A DNA stretch of 63,870 nucleotides, counting the filler, from Cercozoa sp. M6MM (Eukaryota > Protista > Endomyxa: Ascetosporea), in the NCBI GenBank assembly GCA_040357565.1. It is 14 parts of 14 records of this genome, joined end to end, with 100 filler letters (N's around TTAATTAATTAA, not from the genome) between each part and the next. Parts side by side here need not be neighbours in the genome. Positions count along the whole stretch, not along the records: positions 28,534 to 33,347 come from JBDODJ010001044.1; positions 33,448 to 35,639 come from JBDODJ010001822.1; positions 35,740 to 39,054 come from JBDODJ010001505.1; positions 39,155 to 47,734 come from JBDODJ010000524.1; 10 more parts are not named here. One strand, written 5' to 3'. The notes under the pieces were generated by a model. That model was not told the origin of the DNA. It searched no databases and saw only the letters and a list, made by a program, of their open reading frames with translations. The position numbers and the translations under genes were made by a program. Below are positions 28,741-41,781 of this stretch, piece by piece. Position 1 is the stretch's first letter, and every line of letters starts with the position of its first letter.

Positions 28741-31700
28741 CTAGACAAAGTCGTGGTCGTCGCTGAGTCGAACGAGTTCGCACTGGACGCCGGCGGCGTG
28801 CTGCGCTTGCCGCAGCCAGAAGTTCTCCTGGCGCCGCCAGGCGCGCTGTGTATCGTCGCCGCCGTTGGCGCGCTCCTCGGCGCTGGCCTTGCGCTTGAAG
28901 ACCTCCTTGTCCTCGGGCCGCTCGCCGACCAGCAGCGTCACCGTGCCTGGCGTGCGCAGCCGCGCCGTGCGTCCGGAGATGTGAATCTACGGGAGTGGAC
29001 AACTCAAGAAACGACCGGCACAGGGGCAAGGCAACCCAATGGGCAACACAATGGGCAAGGCAGCACAAGGGGAAGGCAGCACAAGGGGAAGGCAGCACAA
29101 AGGGAAAGAAAGCACAAGGAAGCAGCAAACATACAAAGTCTGCGACATGCGGCGGCGGCGACAGCATGATGACGTCTTTGAGGAAGAACAGATCGAGGCC
29201 ACGCAACTCACTCGCCTGCCCGACCAGCACCTCCACCCGACCCTCGGCAAGCAGTTGCCGTGCCGCGATCTGCCAGACAAGACACACAAGGGTACACGCT
29301 TTTGTGTGCATGTGTGTGCATGTGTGTGTGGGTATAAATGCGCGAGATGTACAGATTAGCCTACCTGGTGCTGAACATCGGAGGTGCAGAGCATCTCCTG
29401 CACGGAGGAGGCAGCAAAGCCGAGTTCGCGCAGTCGCTCGATGGTCTTGGGTACGGAAACATTGTTGTCCAGCGCGAGCAGCAGTGCCGGCACGTTGCCC
29501 TTCTCTCGCTGTCTCTGTCGGTGCTTGAGTGATCTCCTCAGGAAGGTGAACTTGCGGTCCTGCATGCACAGTGCGCGGAGGGGGGGGGGGGGGGGGGTAA
29601 AGCACAAGAGTATAGGCAAAGGCAAGTGGCACCTGTGTGTCACAGTCGACGGCACGCAGGCGGAGCGACTGCCGCGGCAGCGGGTCGCCTTGCGCGATCA
29701 CACGCGGTGAGCGCAGCCAGCCCTTCTCTTCCACCAGGTCGCGCAGTCGCGACGTTGTCGTAGCTACAGAGACAGACCGTCGTTGTCAACAGTAAGCATC
29801 CCCTTAAAACAGCGCAGCCCACCAGACACCAGGATGGTCTGCAGCGTCTTTCGCATTTCGCCGCGTGTCTGAAGCGACTCCATCACGAGCCACGCTGAGG
29901 GACATCCACACACACGCACACATAAACACGCGGTGCACTAACGAGGACAAGACAGTGTACACGGGAAGTCCTGGATGGGTCGGAACAACCACTTGAGTTC
30001 GCCCTCGCTGAAGGAGCCCTTCTGTTTGCCCCTGTCACAACACAACACACGTTACGTGGCAGGTGGCGTGGGAAGGGTATAGACTACTTGTGTGCCTGCA
30101 CATCAAGCACATTGAGCGTGGCGTCGGCCTCATCGACCACGATGCGACGCACGTGGTCGCTCAGGTTTACGCGATTCGACAGCGCCTGCAGGTAGGGCGG
30201 CGTTGCAATCTACACTCGCACACGGCCAAGTCGACAAATAGACGAACAAACAAGCTGGCTCATACAGATAGATCTACTGTGGACACATACCACAACAGCA
30301 GGCAGGTCGTTGATGTCCTCAGCGTTCAGCATTGCCGACACAAAGTGTCCCTTGTCCTGGTAGTCCGAGTTCGCAACAGACACGAGCTGCACAACAGAAG
30401 AAACTCCAACCTTGCAGAAGAAAACAAAGCAAACAAAAGGAGCAGTAGCTACGTGGTAGGTGTCCGGATTCTTCAGCAATGCATTAGGCGCCAAGTGGCG
30501 CAGTTCCATGCCCTACACATAGTCCAAGTGTTTAATCAATCCAGCGGAAGCAAGGCAGGTACCAGTTGTGCTGCCAGTGCGGCAGTCGGCACCATAATGA
30601 TTGTACTCAGCGGCTGCTGCCAGTACTCCTGTTGCAAGCCACACCACAAGCATCCAAAGTAACCCCTGTACGACGGAAAAGATGAAACAAAGCTACCTCG
30701 GAGAGTGATGCCAGGATCGGCACCAAGAAAGCGAGTGACTTGCCGCTGCCGGTTTCCGCTTGCAGCACAACATCATCCTGCGACAGCACTGCCGGGATGC
30801 AACGCTGCTGGCACGGCAGCGGCATGCCTAACTTTTCGAGTTGCTCAAGCGTCTCATCTGTCAGCATTCCTTTTTGCAGTGATGACTACCAGACACACAG
30901 AGCATTACGTTCCACATTTTACACATCTCATGCCGCCACAACGAGAGATACCGTTTCCTCCCAGTTCATGACAGGACGAAGTGGCTACATGAACATTCTT
31001 GTGCCAAAACAAACAACATATTGGAGCCGGGACAGTTCAGAGCACCCGTAGTGTCCTCTCGCGAGTAGCGTCATACTGCGCCAAGAGTTCGGCCACGTAC
31101 TGTCGTCCAGCCTGGACACCAGGAACGCACTCATACCACCACCACTGATACAAAAAAAAACGAGGCAAACACACAATCTCAACGGCCTCCTCCTCAGTGT
31201 CTACATTGGCGAAGTCGGCAAAGTAGCCGACGTTGTCATCACCGCGACGTGGTCGCATCGAAAGTCCGAGGTCACGCAGCGTCAGTCGGTCGCGCTCTTT
31301 CTCAACCTTGTCCGGATGATCGCTGCACACAATCAATGCCTTGTGAGCCAAGTAAAGGAGGAGTCTTGTACCGAATGTATTGCAAGTTTCGGTTCTTCTT
31401 GGCGGTTTTCGACGTGCCGGGGTACTACAGCAAGCCGAGGGATAGACAGGGACGAGAGCAGCGCATCAAATCTAGGGTACGACATAGTGTAGCCAGGCGT
31501 CGTAGGATTCCTGCTTGATTGTCTCCAATTCACGTTGCGACAGATTTTGCTATTCGACACACACACACACACATAAAAACATTTCAGTGCATCATAACGC
31601 GAGGCAAGGTCAAATTTACGTCTTGGTATCGCTTGCCGTAGCGCGAAATGACGCGTTTCATCCTGCGCAAGTGGAGGCCAAAGATACGGTGCTACATTGT

Positions 31701-31894
31701 GTTAAGCACAGACCGAGATCTTACGTGAGACGCTTCTCGAGTCGGTCTTGTTGGTAGGGTGTTAGTTGCTTTTTCGTAGCTTCACCAGACGCCTTGGCCT
31801 GCTCGGACATGAGGCGCTGCATCGGACGCATTCGCGGAAGAATACCACAGCGCATATGCGCTGATACGCTCCGTGCGAGCGTGCCTAACATCAT
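28741..31894 (-). CDS. DEAD-box RNA helicase with an N-terminal extension, probably mitochondrial
   Basis: Q-motif-like region, AETGSGKS, MVPTAALAAQ, IATP, VVDEAD, VSAT, LRGLD and HISGRTAR; Arg-rich N-terminus MLGTLARSVSAHMR. Confidence 0.88.
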
Positions 31895-32023
31895 CAAAGA
31901 AGTAAAACACACTAGCACACTAAGAGAACGTGATCGGCGCCCCGCGCAATACTGGCTATTTGTCACATAATAAATAAAGAGCTCTAACAGCGCTAGTCTG
32001 TGCCTTTTGGTGTGAGCACAGCG

Positions 32024-33230
32024 ATGCTTACGCTGTGGTACTACCGTGACCGCGATGGTGAGGTCCAAGGACCTTGGCGTAATGGCACGATGCGTCGATG
32101 GTACAATCTCAGAACAAATCCGATGGCAAGGGGTACTTATGTTTAATGCAGGTGGCTGGAAGGTCTGTTGCCCGACAACCTTCCAGTGCGACAGGCACAC
32201 AGCGATGATGCGTTCTTGCCGATCGGAGCTCTCCAGCCTGACTTTGCTGTATGCCATCTGTTGATTGGAGCTGGATTGATTTTGCTTTGAGTTGAAGCAC
32301 GATGCTTTCTGGTGATTTTGGCAGCGTGCGCGAGAGCACAGCAAGAAGGCGCAGGAGCGGCTCGAAAGGACCTTCAAAGGCGAACTGGACGACGCCGAAG
32401 TCGACGAGGAACTGCGCGAGGACGACGAGAAACTGCAGCGTCAGCGAAGTGCGTTGCTTTGTTGTTGCTTTGTTGCTTGGTTTCTTTGTTGCTTTTTTAC
32501 TTGAATTCAGTCGAGCTGAGTTGAGTTGCTTTACGTTGCTTTGCTTTGGGTTGAGTTGAGTTGAGTTGAGTTGAGTTGAGTTGAGTTGAGTTGAGTTGAG
32601 TTGAGTTGAGTTGAGTTGAGTTGAGTTGCTTTGCTTTGCTTTGCTTTGCTTTGAGTTGAGTTGAGTTGAGTTGAGTTGAGTCGAGTCGAGTCGAGTTGCT
32701 TTGCCCTGCGCAGTGGCGACGGCGAGCGAGCACGCGAAGTGGCTGCGAGAGTGGCGTCCGACGACGTGGAAGTACCTGGACGAGCAGGGCCAGCTGCAGG
32801 GCCCGTTCGGCTCAAACATGATGCGACTGTGGCGACAGGTACGTGTCGCTTCTGTGTCGCTTCTGTGCAGTCCAGTTGGTACGGTCCATCTGTACCGATC
32901 CGCAGGCCGGTCACCTGGCGGACGGACTGCTGGTAGCGCCGGTGCTGCCGGTGCTCGAGTCCGAGTCGCTGCAGCAATCGCTCGGCCTCGCTGTCTCGGA
33001 GCAGGAGACGCCGGCGCACGTGTTCCAGGTGAGTGTGTCTGTCATGTGACCACTGAGTGACCCCACGTGACCACTGAGTGACCCATGTGACCACTGGGAG
33101 TGACCCGTGTGACCACTGGGAGTGACCATGTGACCACTGTAGGAACTGCGCGACGCTTGCGAGGACGACATGCGCACGCTGCGGCCGCAGAGCAAGGCGC
33201 GACTTGCGCTCGACCGTGCGGCCGAGCTGG
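32024..33230 (+). CDS. Protein with two GYF domains, 3' partial
   Basis: WYYRDRDGEVQGPWRNGTMRRWWLEGLLPDNLPVR and WKYLDEQGQLQGPFGSNMMRLWRQAGHLADGLLV. Confidence 0.85.
32508..32704 (+). repeat. Intronic pentanucleotide array (TTGAG)n / (TTGCT)n / (TCGAG)n
   Basis: Directly visible tandem 5-mers inside a GT-AG intron. Confidence 0.95.
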
Positions 33231-33447
33231 TTTACCCCCCTGTTTACCCCCTGTTTACCCCCTGTTTACCCCCTGTTTACCCCCCTGTTTACCCCCCTGT
33301 TTGCCCCCTGTTTACCCCTTGTTTACCCCCCTGTTTACCCCCCCCCCNNNNNNNNNNNNNNNNNNNNNNNNNNNNNNNNNNNNNNNNNNNNTTAATTAAT
33401 TAANNNNNNNNNNNNNNNNNNNNNNNNNNNNNNNNNNNNNNNNNNNN

Positions 33448-33496
<49 letters not shown>

Positions 33497-33519
33497 AGTG
33501 TACACACATGAGAGTGTAC

Positions 33520-33694
33520 GCATAGGAGGCCAGTCCAGACGCAGAGGAATGGCAGTGCCTAAAAACAGCGTGCCAGCATACACAGCACAGTTCACAGAAA
33601 GTAAATTATATTTGTCAGATGATTGATGTTCAATTAGATACTATTGAGAACCGCAAGCAAGGCGCCAGTTCCGTCATGCTTATTGAAACGCTCA
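33520..33694 (-). CDS. Possible first exons of a gene running off the contig
   Basis: M(SVSIS)MTELAPCLRFSI/ALPFLCVWTGLLC with GT-AG junctions, then a (TG)n intron. Confidence 0.3.
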
Positions 33695-34106
33695 TAAAAG
33701 TGTGGCCCCACGCCTGCAGCGTTAGATTTGAATTATCATGTCTCCGCAGCTACAGCATAGAGCACCCAACAGCGCGGTTGTTGACATTTCTGTTCGCATA
33801 CACCAGCCCAGAAGCCCTCCGACAAACTTCCTTGTCAACAGCAAAGCAACCAAAAGATACAGTAGTACAGGATCATACTTGTACTGAACACAAGAAGTAC
33901 AGTGGTACGAGCGCCGTACGTGCAAAGTCTGAAACCCTCGTTGGCCTAGTGACCATCTACGTAGATCTTTCGACGTTGTCGGCGTGTTGGGTGGCTACAG
34001 CACATTGTACCACCTAATGGGCTCAGCAGGAGAGTCTTCGGCTCCGGAAGCCAGCCTGCAGGTTTTCAAAGATATTAATTCAACAGTAGTGTGCACAGGC
34101 GTAAAC

Positions 34107-35440
34107 ATGAACGTTGGTGGTGCCGACGATGTGGAACTGCGGTTGGGAACTGCTGTTTGCTTCTCCATTTTGTTTTGTTATTCTTTATTTGCTGCACATT
34201 GGGCAGGCGCCGTCGCAACGCCGAACTCGTGCAGAAGCGCGCCGTATCTTGCCAACGTAGCCACTCTGTGTTGTTTTTTTACAATATTCTGTGGGATTAG
34301 CGACTAGCGGAACTTCAAAAACGAAACGCGGAGCGGCGCCGACAGCGCGAGCAGCAGCAGCAGGCCGTACTGCTCGCTTGCTGATGGATTTGTGTCAGAC
34401 CACGGTGTCTACCGTCTTTACTCTTTTTATTTGTGTGCAACAGGTGGAGCAAGCGGTCGCAGAGGCACTGAACTCCGTTCCCGACCACGTAACTCAATGC
34501 AGTTCCCTTTTCTCGCAAAGTGAATGCAGTCGGTGTGTGTGTCTGTAGTTGGAGGAAGTGGACGACTTTCTGACGTCGGTGAAACAGGAAATTGGACACA
34601 CAGAACCTGTGCAGGTGTGTTGCACTCATTAACACCCCTTACCGACAAATGTGTGCGCCATCTCAGGTTATTGCCGAAGCTGTCGCACCAACACCGTATC
34701 CTCCATTATCCCCACCCTGATTTTCCTATCATAGTAGATCACCGTATATACAGGAAGAGAAACGTCGAAACCTGTGAGATTGCTATCCAAACCATCGGAG
34801 ACACGGAGGAGACCACGGTAATATACATATACACATACACATACGCATACGCATACATATACACATACTACACATACAACAAATATGAGTGTATGACATG
34901 GGTTGTCGCTTGCATCGACAGATGCAAACCTACGAAGTAGCGACGCAGACCGACTTGTCCGTTGAGACACTCGCAAATGGTAGCACAAGTGTCTGACTGA
35001 ATAGACTGACTGGATGACTAGGTGACTGGATTGATTGAATGAATTGACTTGAACAGAGGAAGAGGCACAGCACGAGGAACGCGAAGTTTCGGAGCTACGT
35101 GCGCGTCTGCAGCGCTTTGAGCAACGCATGAAACAGGTGCCATCCATCCATCCCAGATGTATATATACGTGTATTTTGTCATTACAGGAAACAGAGGAAC
35201 GCGAGCATTCGAAGAGGTACTCCAAAAGCTCTTTCCCTTCTGCATGCTGTTAAACTCCCTGCCTGCAGACAGAAAGAAGAGGAGGAACGTCAACTGAAAC
35301 AGCGCCTCCAGCAAGCACAGGTAAGCACTGCGTTTGTGTGTGTCTGTGTATGTGTATGTGTATGTTTATGTGTGCGTAGGCAGAAAGCGCGGCAATCGCA
35401 CAAAGCGAAGACTTCCTCGCCTTCTTCCGACGTGCCAGCG
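34107..35440 (+). CDS. Cytoplasmic dynein intermediate chain, N-terminal part
   Basis: Coiled coil AELVQKRARLAELQKR, LC8-type site YEVATQT and roadblock-binding-like helix IAQSEDFLAFFRRAS. The WD40 part lies beyond the contig end. Confidence 0.65.
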
Positions 35441-35527
35441 TAGCCTTCCTCCCTTCCTGTCTGACCCCTTGTCCCCACTGTGTCTGCTGTGTGTCATATG
35501 TTACACTGTCTCCTTGTGTGTTTGTGT

Positions 35528-35566
<39 letters not shown>

Positions 35567-35592
35567 CGTGTGTGTGTGTGGTGTGTGTGTGT

Positions 35593-35639
<47 letters not shown>

Positions 35640-35820
35640 NNNNNNNNNNNNNNNNNNNNNNNNNNNNNNNNNNNNNNNNNNNNTTAATTAATTAANNNNN
35701 NNNNNNNNNNNNNNNNNNNNNNNNNNNNNNNNNNNNNNNCCCCCCCCCCCCCCGTTTTCATATGTTACCACGTTACCCTATGTGACCCCATTACCCTATG
35801 TTACCCCTATCCTCCCTCAG

Positions 35821-38063
35821 TGATCGGCGAGGGCCGTCGGCAGGACAAGCGCATTGGCCAAGGTCAAAGAGTTCGTACGCACGCCAAGGTGCAAGCGCTG
35901 AGACCGAGCCGTTTGGCCGAGAAGCCGTACCTGCGAACTACGGTGTTGTCTAACATCCTGACGGCACTCGATTCGGAGAAGGACCGCGCCAACCGCGTCG
36001 GCGGCAGTCGCGGCGTGTTTCGCAACATTGTGCGTGCGCACTTCGCTCCCACCAATGTACCAGAACCTTGTTCGAATTAATTCGCATGTGTTTGGCGAGT
36101 GAGTTATCTCAATACTGACCCAGGACAAGAGTCGGCCGAAACTTAACGTGTTGACGAATATCTTGTCGCGCAAGGTGGCCGTGACGGTGGTGCCGTCCGA
36201 GAAGACCATCTCGGCACTGGACCGGCGACTACTGCAGACGGCACTCGTCTCGTCCTACGACGAGCTCGACCTGTGGACGCGTGTGATATGGACGCGACTC
36301 GCCAACGAGCTGCTCGATGGCGAGGCACCCCTGCTGTACTACCTCCTTTTTCATATCTCCATATGTCTTTGTGTATCAGTATACTCTGGGGGGTAGGCTT
36401 TTGCGCGTCATGCTGGACACGATGGAGGCTGCGTTGAAACGGCGCACGCGACAGCAAGTGATTGACACGATCAGACCGACAGCGTGGCTGCAGTGTCTAC
36501 TGGAGTGTGTGAACTCCACGCCCTCCAATGTACCTTTTGCCTCTGCTGCCTCTGTTGTTTCTTTTGCGTGCCAAAATGTATACGCTTCTTGTGCGCAGGA
36601 TGTGCAGAAGAATGTGCCCAAGGTGACATGGTCGCCGCGAGCTGTGTCTCACCTGCTCAAAGCGTTGCAACTGCTGAGGAGTATCGCCGCCGACAGGGAT
36701 GAAAGCAGGGCGCGCGCACTGTCACAACGCGTGTGTCGACACGTGGCAAAGCACCTGGCTGCGCAGCAGTTGCGCACTTTCTCTCAGCAGAGTGGTAGGG
36801 TCCTTTCGTACTCGCGCCATACTACCCAGTTGATTTGGTTGTTTTGTAGATTCGCAGCTGCTGAAACACGTGTGTGTCGTGGTGCAACTGCTGCGAGAAG
36901 AGGCGAGGGAGACAGTAACACTGCACGGGGAGACTCGGCTTGATCTCAGTAGTATCGCCGGTGCACTGTTCCGTGACATTGCTGCCGATGCCCAAACGGA
37001 CACTCTGCCTTTTGACGAGAGCGACGTGTGCCGCGTGTTGCACCTGTTGCTGCGTCGGCAGGACGAAACACTGGTGCCTGTGTTGTTGCAGCTGCTGCGA
37101 GGCGAAACTGACACCGGCAACGAGGGGCTGCGCGATATGTGTCGCGAGTTGATCCGGAGAGAACCGTCGCCGCTCGCGCTGGCGCTCGCAATCAGATGTG
37201 GTGTGTTTACCCCCCCCCCCCCCCTGCTTTACTTTGTGACTGTCCCGTGTGCGTGACTAGGATTGAAGCAAGATGTCCCAGACTACACGCAGTCGACGGC
37301 ATTCAAGTCGAGTTTAGCCGTCGAGCTGGACCTGCTGCGCGAGGAGGCGCAGCGTGCCAAAATCGATCTTGGCATGAGCGACGGCACCGGCGACGATCAG
37401 ACCGGCGGCTTTGTGAGTGCGAGCGATTACCAGCTCGACAAGAAGCTGCGCGAGCTGCCAGACGAGTTCTTCGTGGTGCGACGCAGCTCGCTGCAGCGAC
37501 TTGACGAGGCTGATGAGGCGCACAACGACAACGGCATCTCGGCCAGCGAGGCCGATCGTTTCTTCTCGTCCAATCTGACGTATGAGGGTACTCGTGACAT
37601 CCTTCTTGTTCTTTACTCTGATAGACCGTAAGGTGACGTGTTGTATCCGCACACAGAGTCGGAAGACGAGGTCGAAGTGATGGCGGCCGACGATGTGCTG
37701 ATCGAGGAGACTGACGATACCGACGACGACGCCGACGACGACGCCGAGGCCACGCGTGTCGACAGACACTTGCAGGAACTGTTCGACGAGGACACAGACG
37801 ATGAGGAAGACGATGAGTTCGACGAACTCGATATTGATGACGATGGTAGAGTGGACGAGCCTATCGGTGACAAGGAACTTGTCGACCCCTTTGGCTACGA
37901 AAAGCTGATGACCGAGTCGCTCCAGGAGGAGCACAGCGCCTTCGTCGACGACGCGGACGAGATCGTCGACACCTTCGCGCGGCCTCTGCGTGAACCTGCT
38001 CGAACACACAAAGACGAAGGTCACTCCGATCCCGCGCATCTCGATCATGCGCTGCCTCAGTAG
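35821..38063 (+). CDS. Hypothetical helical protein with an acidic C-terminus, 5' partial
   Basis: Long GC3-rich exons joined by GT-AG introns; Asp/Glu-rich last exon ending in TAG. Confidence 0.7.
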
Positions 38064-39191
38064 AGAGTTAGTTGAGTCTTATTAGAAGCCAGCTTTATTT
38101 GAAGCCAGCTATGTAGTTTCCCTAGACCAGTCTGCCACAGTAGCAGAAAAATCACGGCCGGAACGTGCCTGGGAGCTGGCTACATATATGGAAAACAGAC
38201 TGATCTCTCAGCACATCGCTGGATTAGAGTTTAGAAGCAAACCACAGTATTAAGCTACTGTTTTACCTGCCTTGGTTCGCCCAAACGTCTTTACTGCCAG
38301 CGTGGGTTCAAAAAATGCCGAGTCGCGGCAGTTTCTCCACTTTTGACTGAAAGGTCACTGCGATGACCCGAGTTTCACCAGTGTTTGGCCCTGACGGCGA
38401 GTTTTTGACCTGCGTCATTCCGTGCAATTGCCAATTTAGTTGTTTCTTTGCCGAAACCCGAATCTGCGAAGACCCAGATTGTCGCTGGGGCAGTAACACG
38501 GGCGTGCTGCATCCGATACCCCGCTTCGCACGCGTCCAAGCGAAGGCTACCAACAGACGTACGAAATGGACGAACTAGTAGAATATTTGAAAGTAATGTA
38601 AACACCACACTCTCTTGAGTTGAGACTTTACCAACCCGCCAGTTGACAAGACATAGTTCAAGCAATAGGTCAGAAGCGTCAAGAAGACCGCTAAGCAAGG
38701 TGGGCTGATTTTTGTGCTGGCCAGAGCTGTGTTTCTCAGTACGCTACGAGGGCATGTACATTGGGTGTGTGTTGTGTCTGCGAGTTCGCATGCAACGTCA
38801 AAAGGCGGGTTTCGACCTTTTTTGTCGTGGCTGATTTTTTGGTTTCTGTTTTGGGTTGTTGTTGGGCCGTTTTCGCGTTGTCGCGCTTTTGCCATGAATG
38901 CAATGACCCACCTTTGAGTAGGAAACGCTTTCATGATGGGAAACACCACTGAGATGATTGCCGTCATCGTTGGCATTCTTTTCATCGCCATCGTCCGTGC
39001 CTGTACCATTCTTCGTTCGCTAGCATCAATAAGCCAGCCTCGACCCCGCCCCCCNNNNNNNNNNNNNNNNNNNNNNNNNNNNNNNNNNNNNNNNNNNNTT
39101 AATTAATTAANNNNNNNNNNNNNNNNNNNNNNNNNNNNNNNNNNNNNNNNNNNNCGACAGACGCTGATTGTAACGGTGCTGCTCAGTTAGT

Positions 39192-41370
39192 CTTCAAGCG
39201 GTTCGCAATGTGCCTCTAAATTGCGTGCCTTTCCGGTTTGTGCAGCGACGTTAGGTGCGTTTCTTTTATGTCGCCAAACTTCTATGTGAACTAAGCGATG
39301 TCTTGTTGCAGTGGCAGGTAGCTTGAGTGCTGGCGAAGTATGCATGTGCGACAGCGACTGTCCCAGTCCGCAGCGATGTGTGCTGCCTCTGGCCCGCGCG
39401 TTGGGAGAACTTGCCGACCCTCAGCATGCGGGCGATGACCTGTGTACCATCTACTTTCAAGAGGCCAAAGTACTGTTGATTCCGATTTGTATACTGTTGA
39501 CTGCATAAACACTCAGCCCTCGGAGGTATCTGCCGTTCCGTCGCTTGGTGAATGCACTGCGTCCCGTGATGTAAGTTAAACTACCCTCCCTGTGTGTCGC
39601 ATTCAGACAAAAACATGGAGAATCTGAAAAAACAAGAGAGTCTTTTTGTAGTGTCCGCCCGCTCATATCTGCAAGGACATAGGTGGCACCTTGAAGTGGT
39701 ATACTGCTGTAAAGCAAGGACAGCTAACAATATATCCTGTGTTGCAGCGCACTGCCCTCCGGGGCAGATCCGTGTTCCGGCAACTCGGACAACTGTGCAC
39801 GACCGGGCGACACTTGCAGTATTGATACCTGCGAGCGGCCGAACGGAGCATTGTGTCAAGTAAAATTCTCCTTTTTAAGTTGGTTTGTTTTGTACACCTT
39901 TGTACACCTGCAAGCATAGGTGAGCGCACAGTGTGAGAACATTTGCGAGGACTGTCTCTGTCAGGACGGCTTCGTTCTGCGCTTTACTTCGTGCGGTGTT
40001 ACCGGTCGAATCGGTCCCATCGTAGGCCCTGGTTCCGATGTAAGTTGCTTTTTCAAACGCCCCATATTTGTTTGATGTTAATTTTGTGTTGTAAAATTTA
40101 GTGTGACACAACGACGACGTACCCAGTGCTTTCGGCGACTGATCCGAATCAGTTGGCAACCGAACTCGCCCTTGAGCAAGGTGGACTGGACGGCTCACAG
40201 GTGAGAATGTTATCAATACAGTAAGTTACTTTCCATCTGGAAGAGTGGAATAATGTCAATGCAGCAAGTGACGCTTCCAAAAACAGGACTCTACAGAATC
40301 ACGGCAACTGGTGCTTGCACCTACAATGACAATCACCCGGGATTAGGCGGCTTCGTTTCTGCGACATTTTCGGTACACCACTATACTGCCCTGAGTCACA
40401 CCGTAGTTGCATTGTATGCCCATCAGTTCTCGGCGGGCGAGAAACTCTTCGTCGCTGTGGGACAGCGCAACGAGCCTGGCCGGGCGGGGGGCGGCGCTTC
40501 CATTGTCATGCGCGGCCCGGTGACACCCAACGCGGCGGCTACACTCTTCACAGCGCCGGTCACCCAGGTGCTCATTGTTGGTGGTGGTGCCGGTTCTGCC
40601 ATCTCAACGAGCACAGGTAAAAACGCTCCGTGTTTGAACTGACTGGTAGCATTCCATGTTGTCGGTTTTACAAACTTATCAGTCGGATGCAATGCGTTGA
40701 CAAACCCGGCGACAATTGGACACGGCACCGAGAGAGGAGTCAACTTGAACAACGCGGCATGCCCAGAACATTCGGTCGCCCTCGGTTCGTTCTTGATCAC
40801 TGTGCCTCTGTCAGTGCATATGTAGTGGCAAGGATACAGGAAACGATGGATTCTTAAACACGGTCGCGGGACCAGCAGCAGTTGGCAAGGGCATTATCTC
40901 GATGATGAGCTCTGTTTCCGGACTCCAAGGACAGTCAGGTGGCATCAATGGTGGTTTTGGTGGCGGTGGCGCGGGCATAGGGCGCCCCGGTGCTGGCGGT
41001 ACTGCGACACATACATGTGTGTGTGTGGATGTGTGTGTGTTTGTTATGGTGCCGAACACCAGGGGGCTACACGGGTGGCGATAGCGGAGGCGGTGCACCG
41101 CCCAGACAGGTAAAAATAAGAATAAGACAACTTAAGTGAGGTTGATTGACTGTTTGTCGCCTTGCATTGTCGGATTTGTAGGCCGGCGCAGGTACCTTTG
41201 CATTACGCAGTGAAAGTGGCAGTGGTTATGTTAGGTTTGTCTCTGCATCAGGCGGCAGCTTTGTTAACGTTGCTGAAGCTGCAAGTTTTGATTTTCCGTT
41301 CTCGTTGGGGCCAGCTTGCAGCGGCGCCGTGCTGGCAGGGGAGGTTTTAGTCGAGTACCTTGGCCAATGA
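39192..41370 (+). CDS. Cys-rich protein ending in an ALK/LTK-type glycine-rich domain, 5' partial
   Basis: FTSCGVTGRIGP, QVTLPKTGLYRITATGA, GEKLFVAVGQ, AGGGAS, LIVGGGAG, GGFGGGGAG...GAGGGYTGG, ending GEVLVEYLGQ*. Confidence 0.75.
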
Positions 41371-41781
41371 GGCTGAAGTCGGTACATTACAGAACGACCA
41401 CAACTGAAATAATTGAATGTACGGTTCGGTACGCTCGGCAGTTGCCACCCGATCGCATGGTTCCCCATTTAAATTACTATGATCACGCTATCATCGCACT
41501 TAGAGTGCTGTCATTGTGATTCGCTTCCTTCGCATGCCTTTCGTGAGGTGGCGACTGCACCTGCCGCCGCTCAATGAGGATATTGCTGCGGCTTTCGTCT
41601 GCTGGGTCACTCAATTTACAGTGCTGTGTTATCTCATGACTGGGCAGCGCTTGCGACAGCGAATGATACTTAGTACACTGTCTGGTGCCGGCAAATTTGT
41701 TAGACGTCGTCAGTGATAGTGAGACATATCTCCTGCGGTGCCTATCTGCTGATTCGCTCCTTGGCTAGCTTATCGTTAGGG

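Noticed and set aside
33029-33142. GTGACCACTG repeats as a CRISPR-like array
   Set aside because: Short degenerate units without unique spacers, inside a spliceosomal intron.
38250-39054. Minus-strand ORFs at the contig end
   Set aside because: No consistent spliced frame or recognisable motif could be established.
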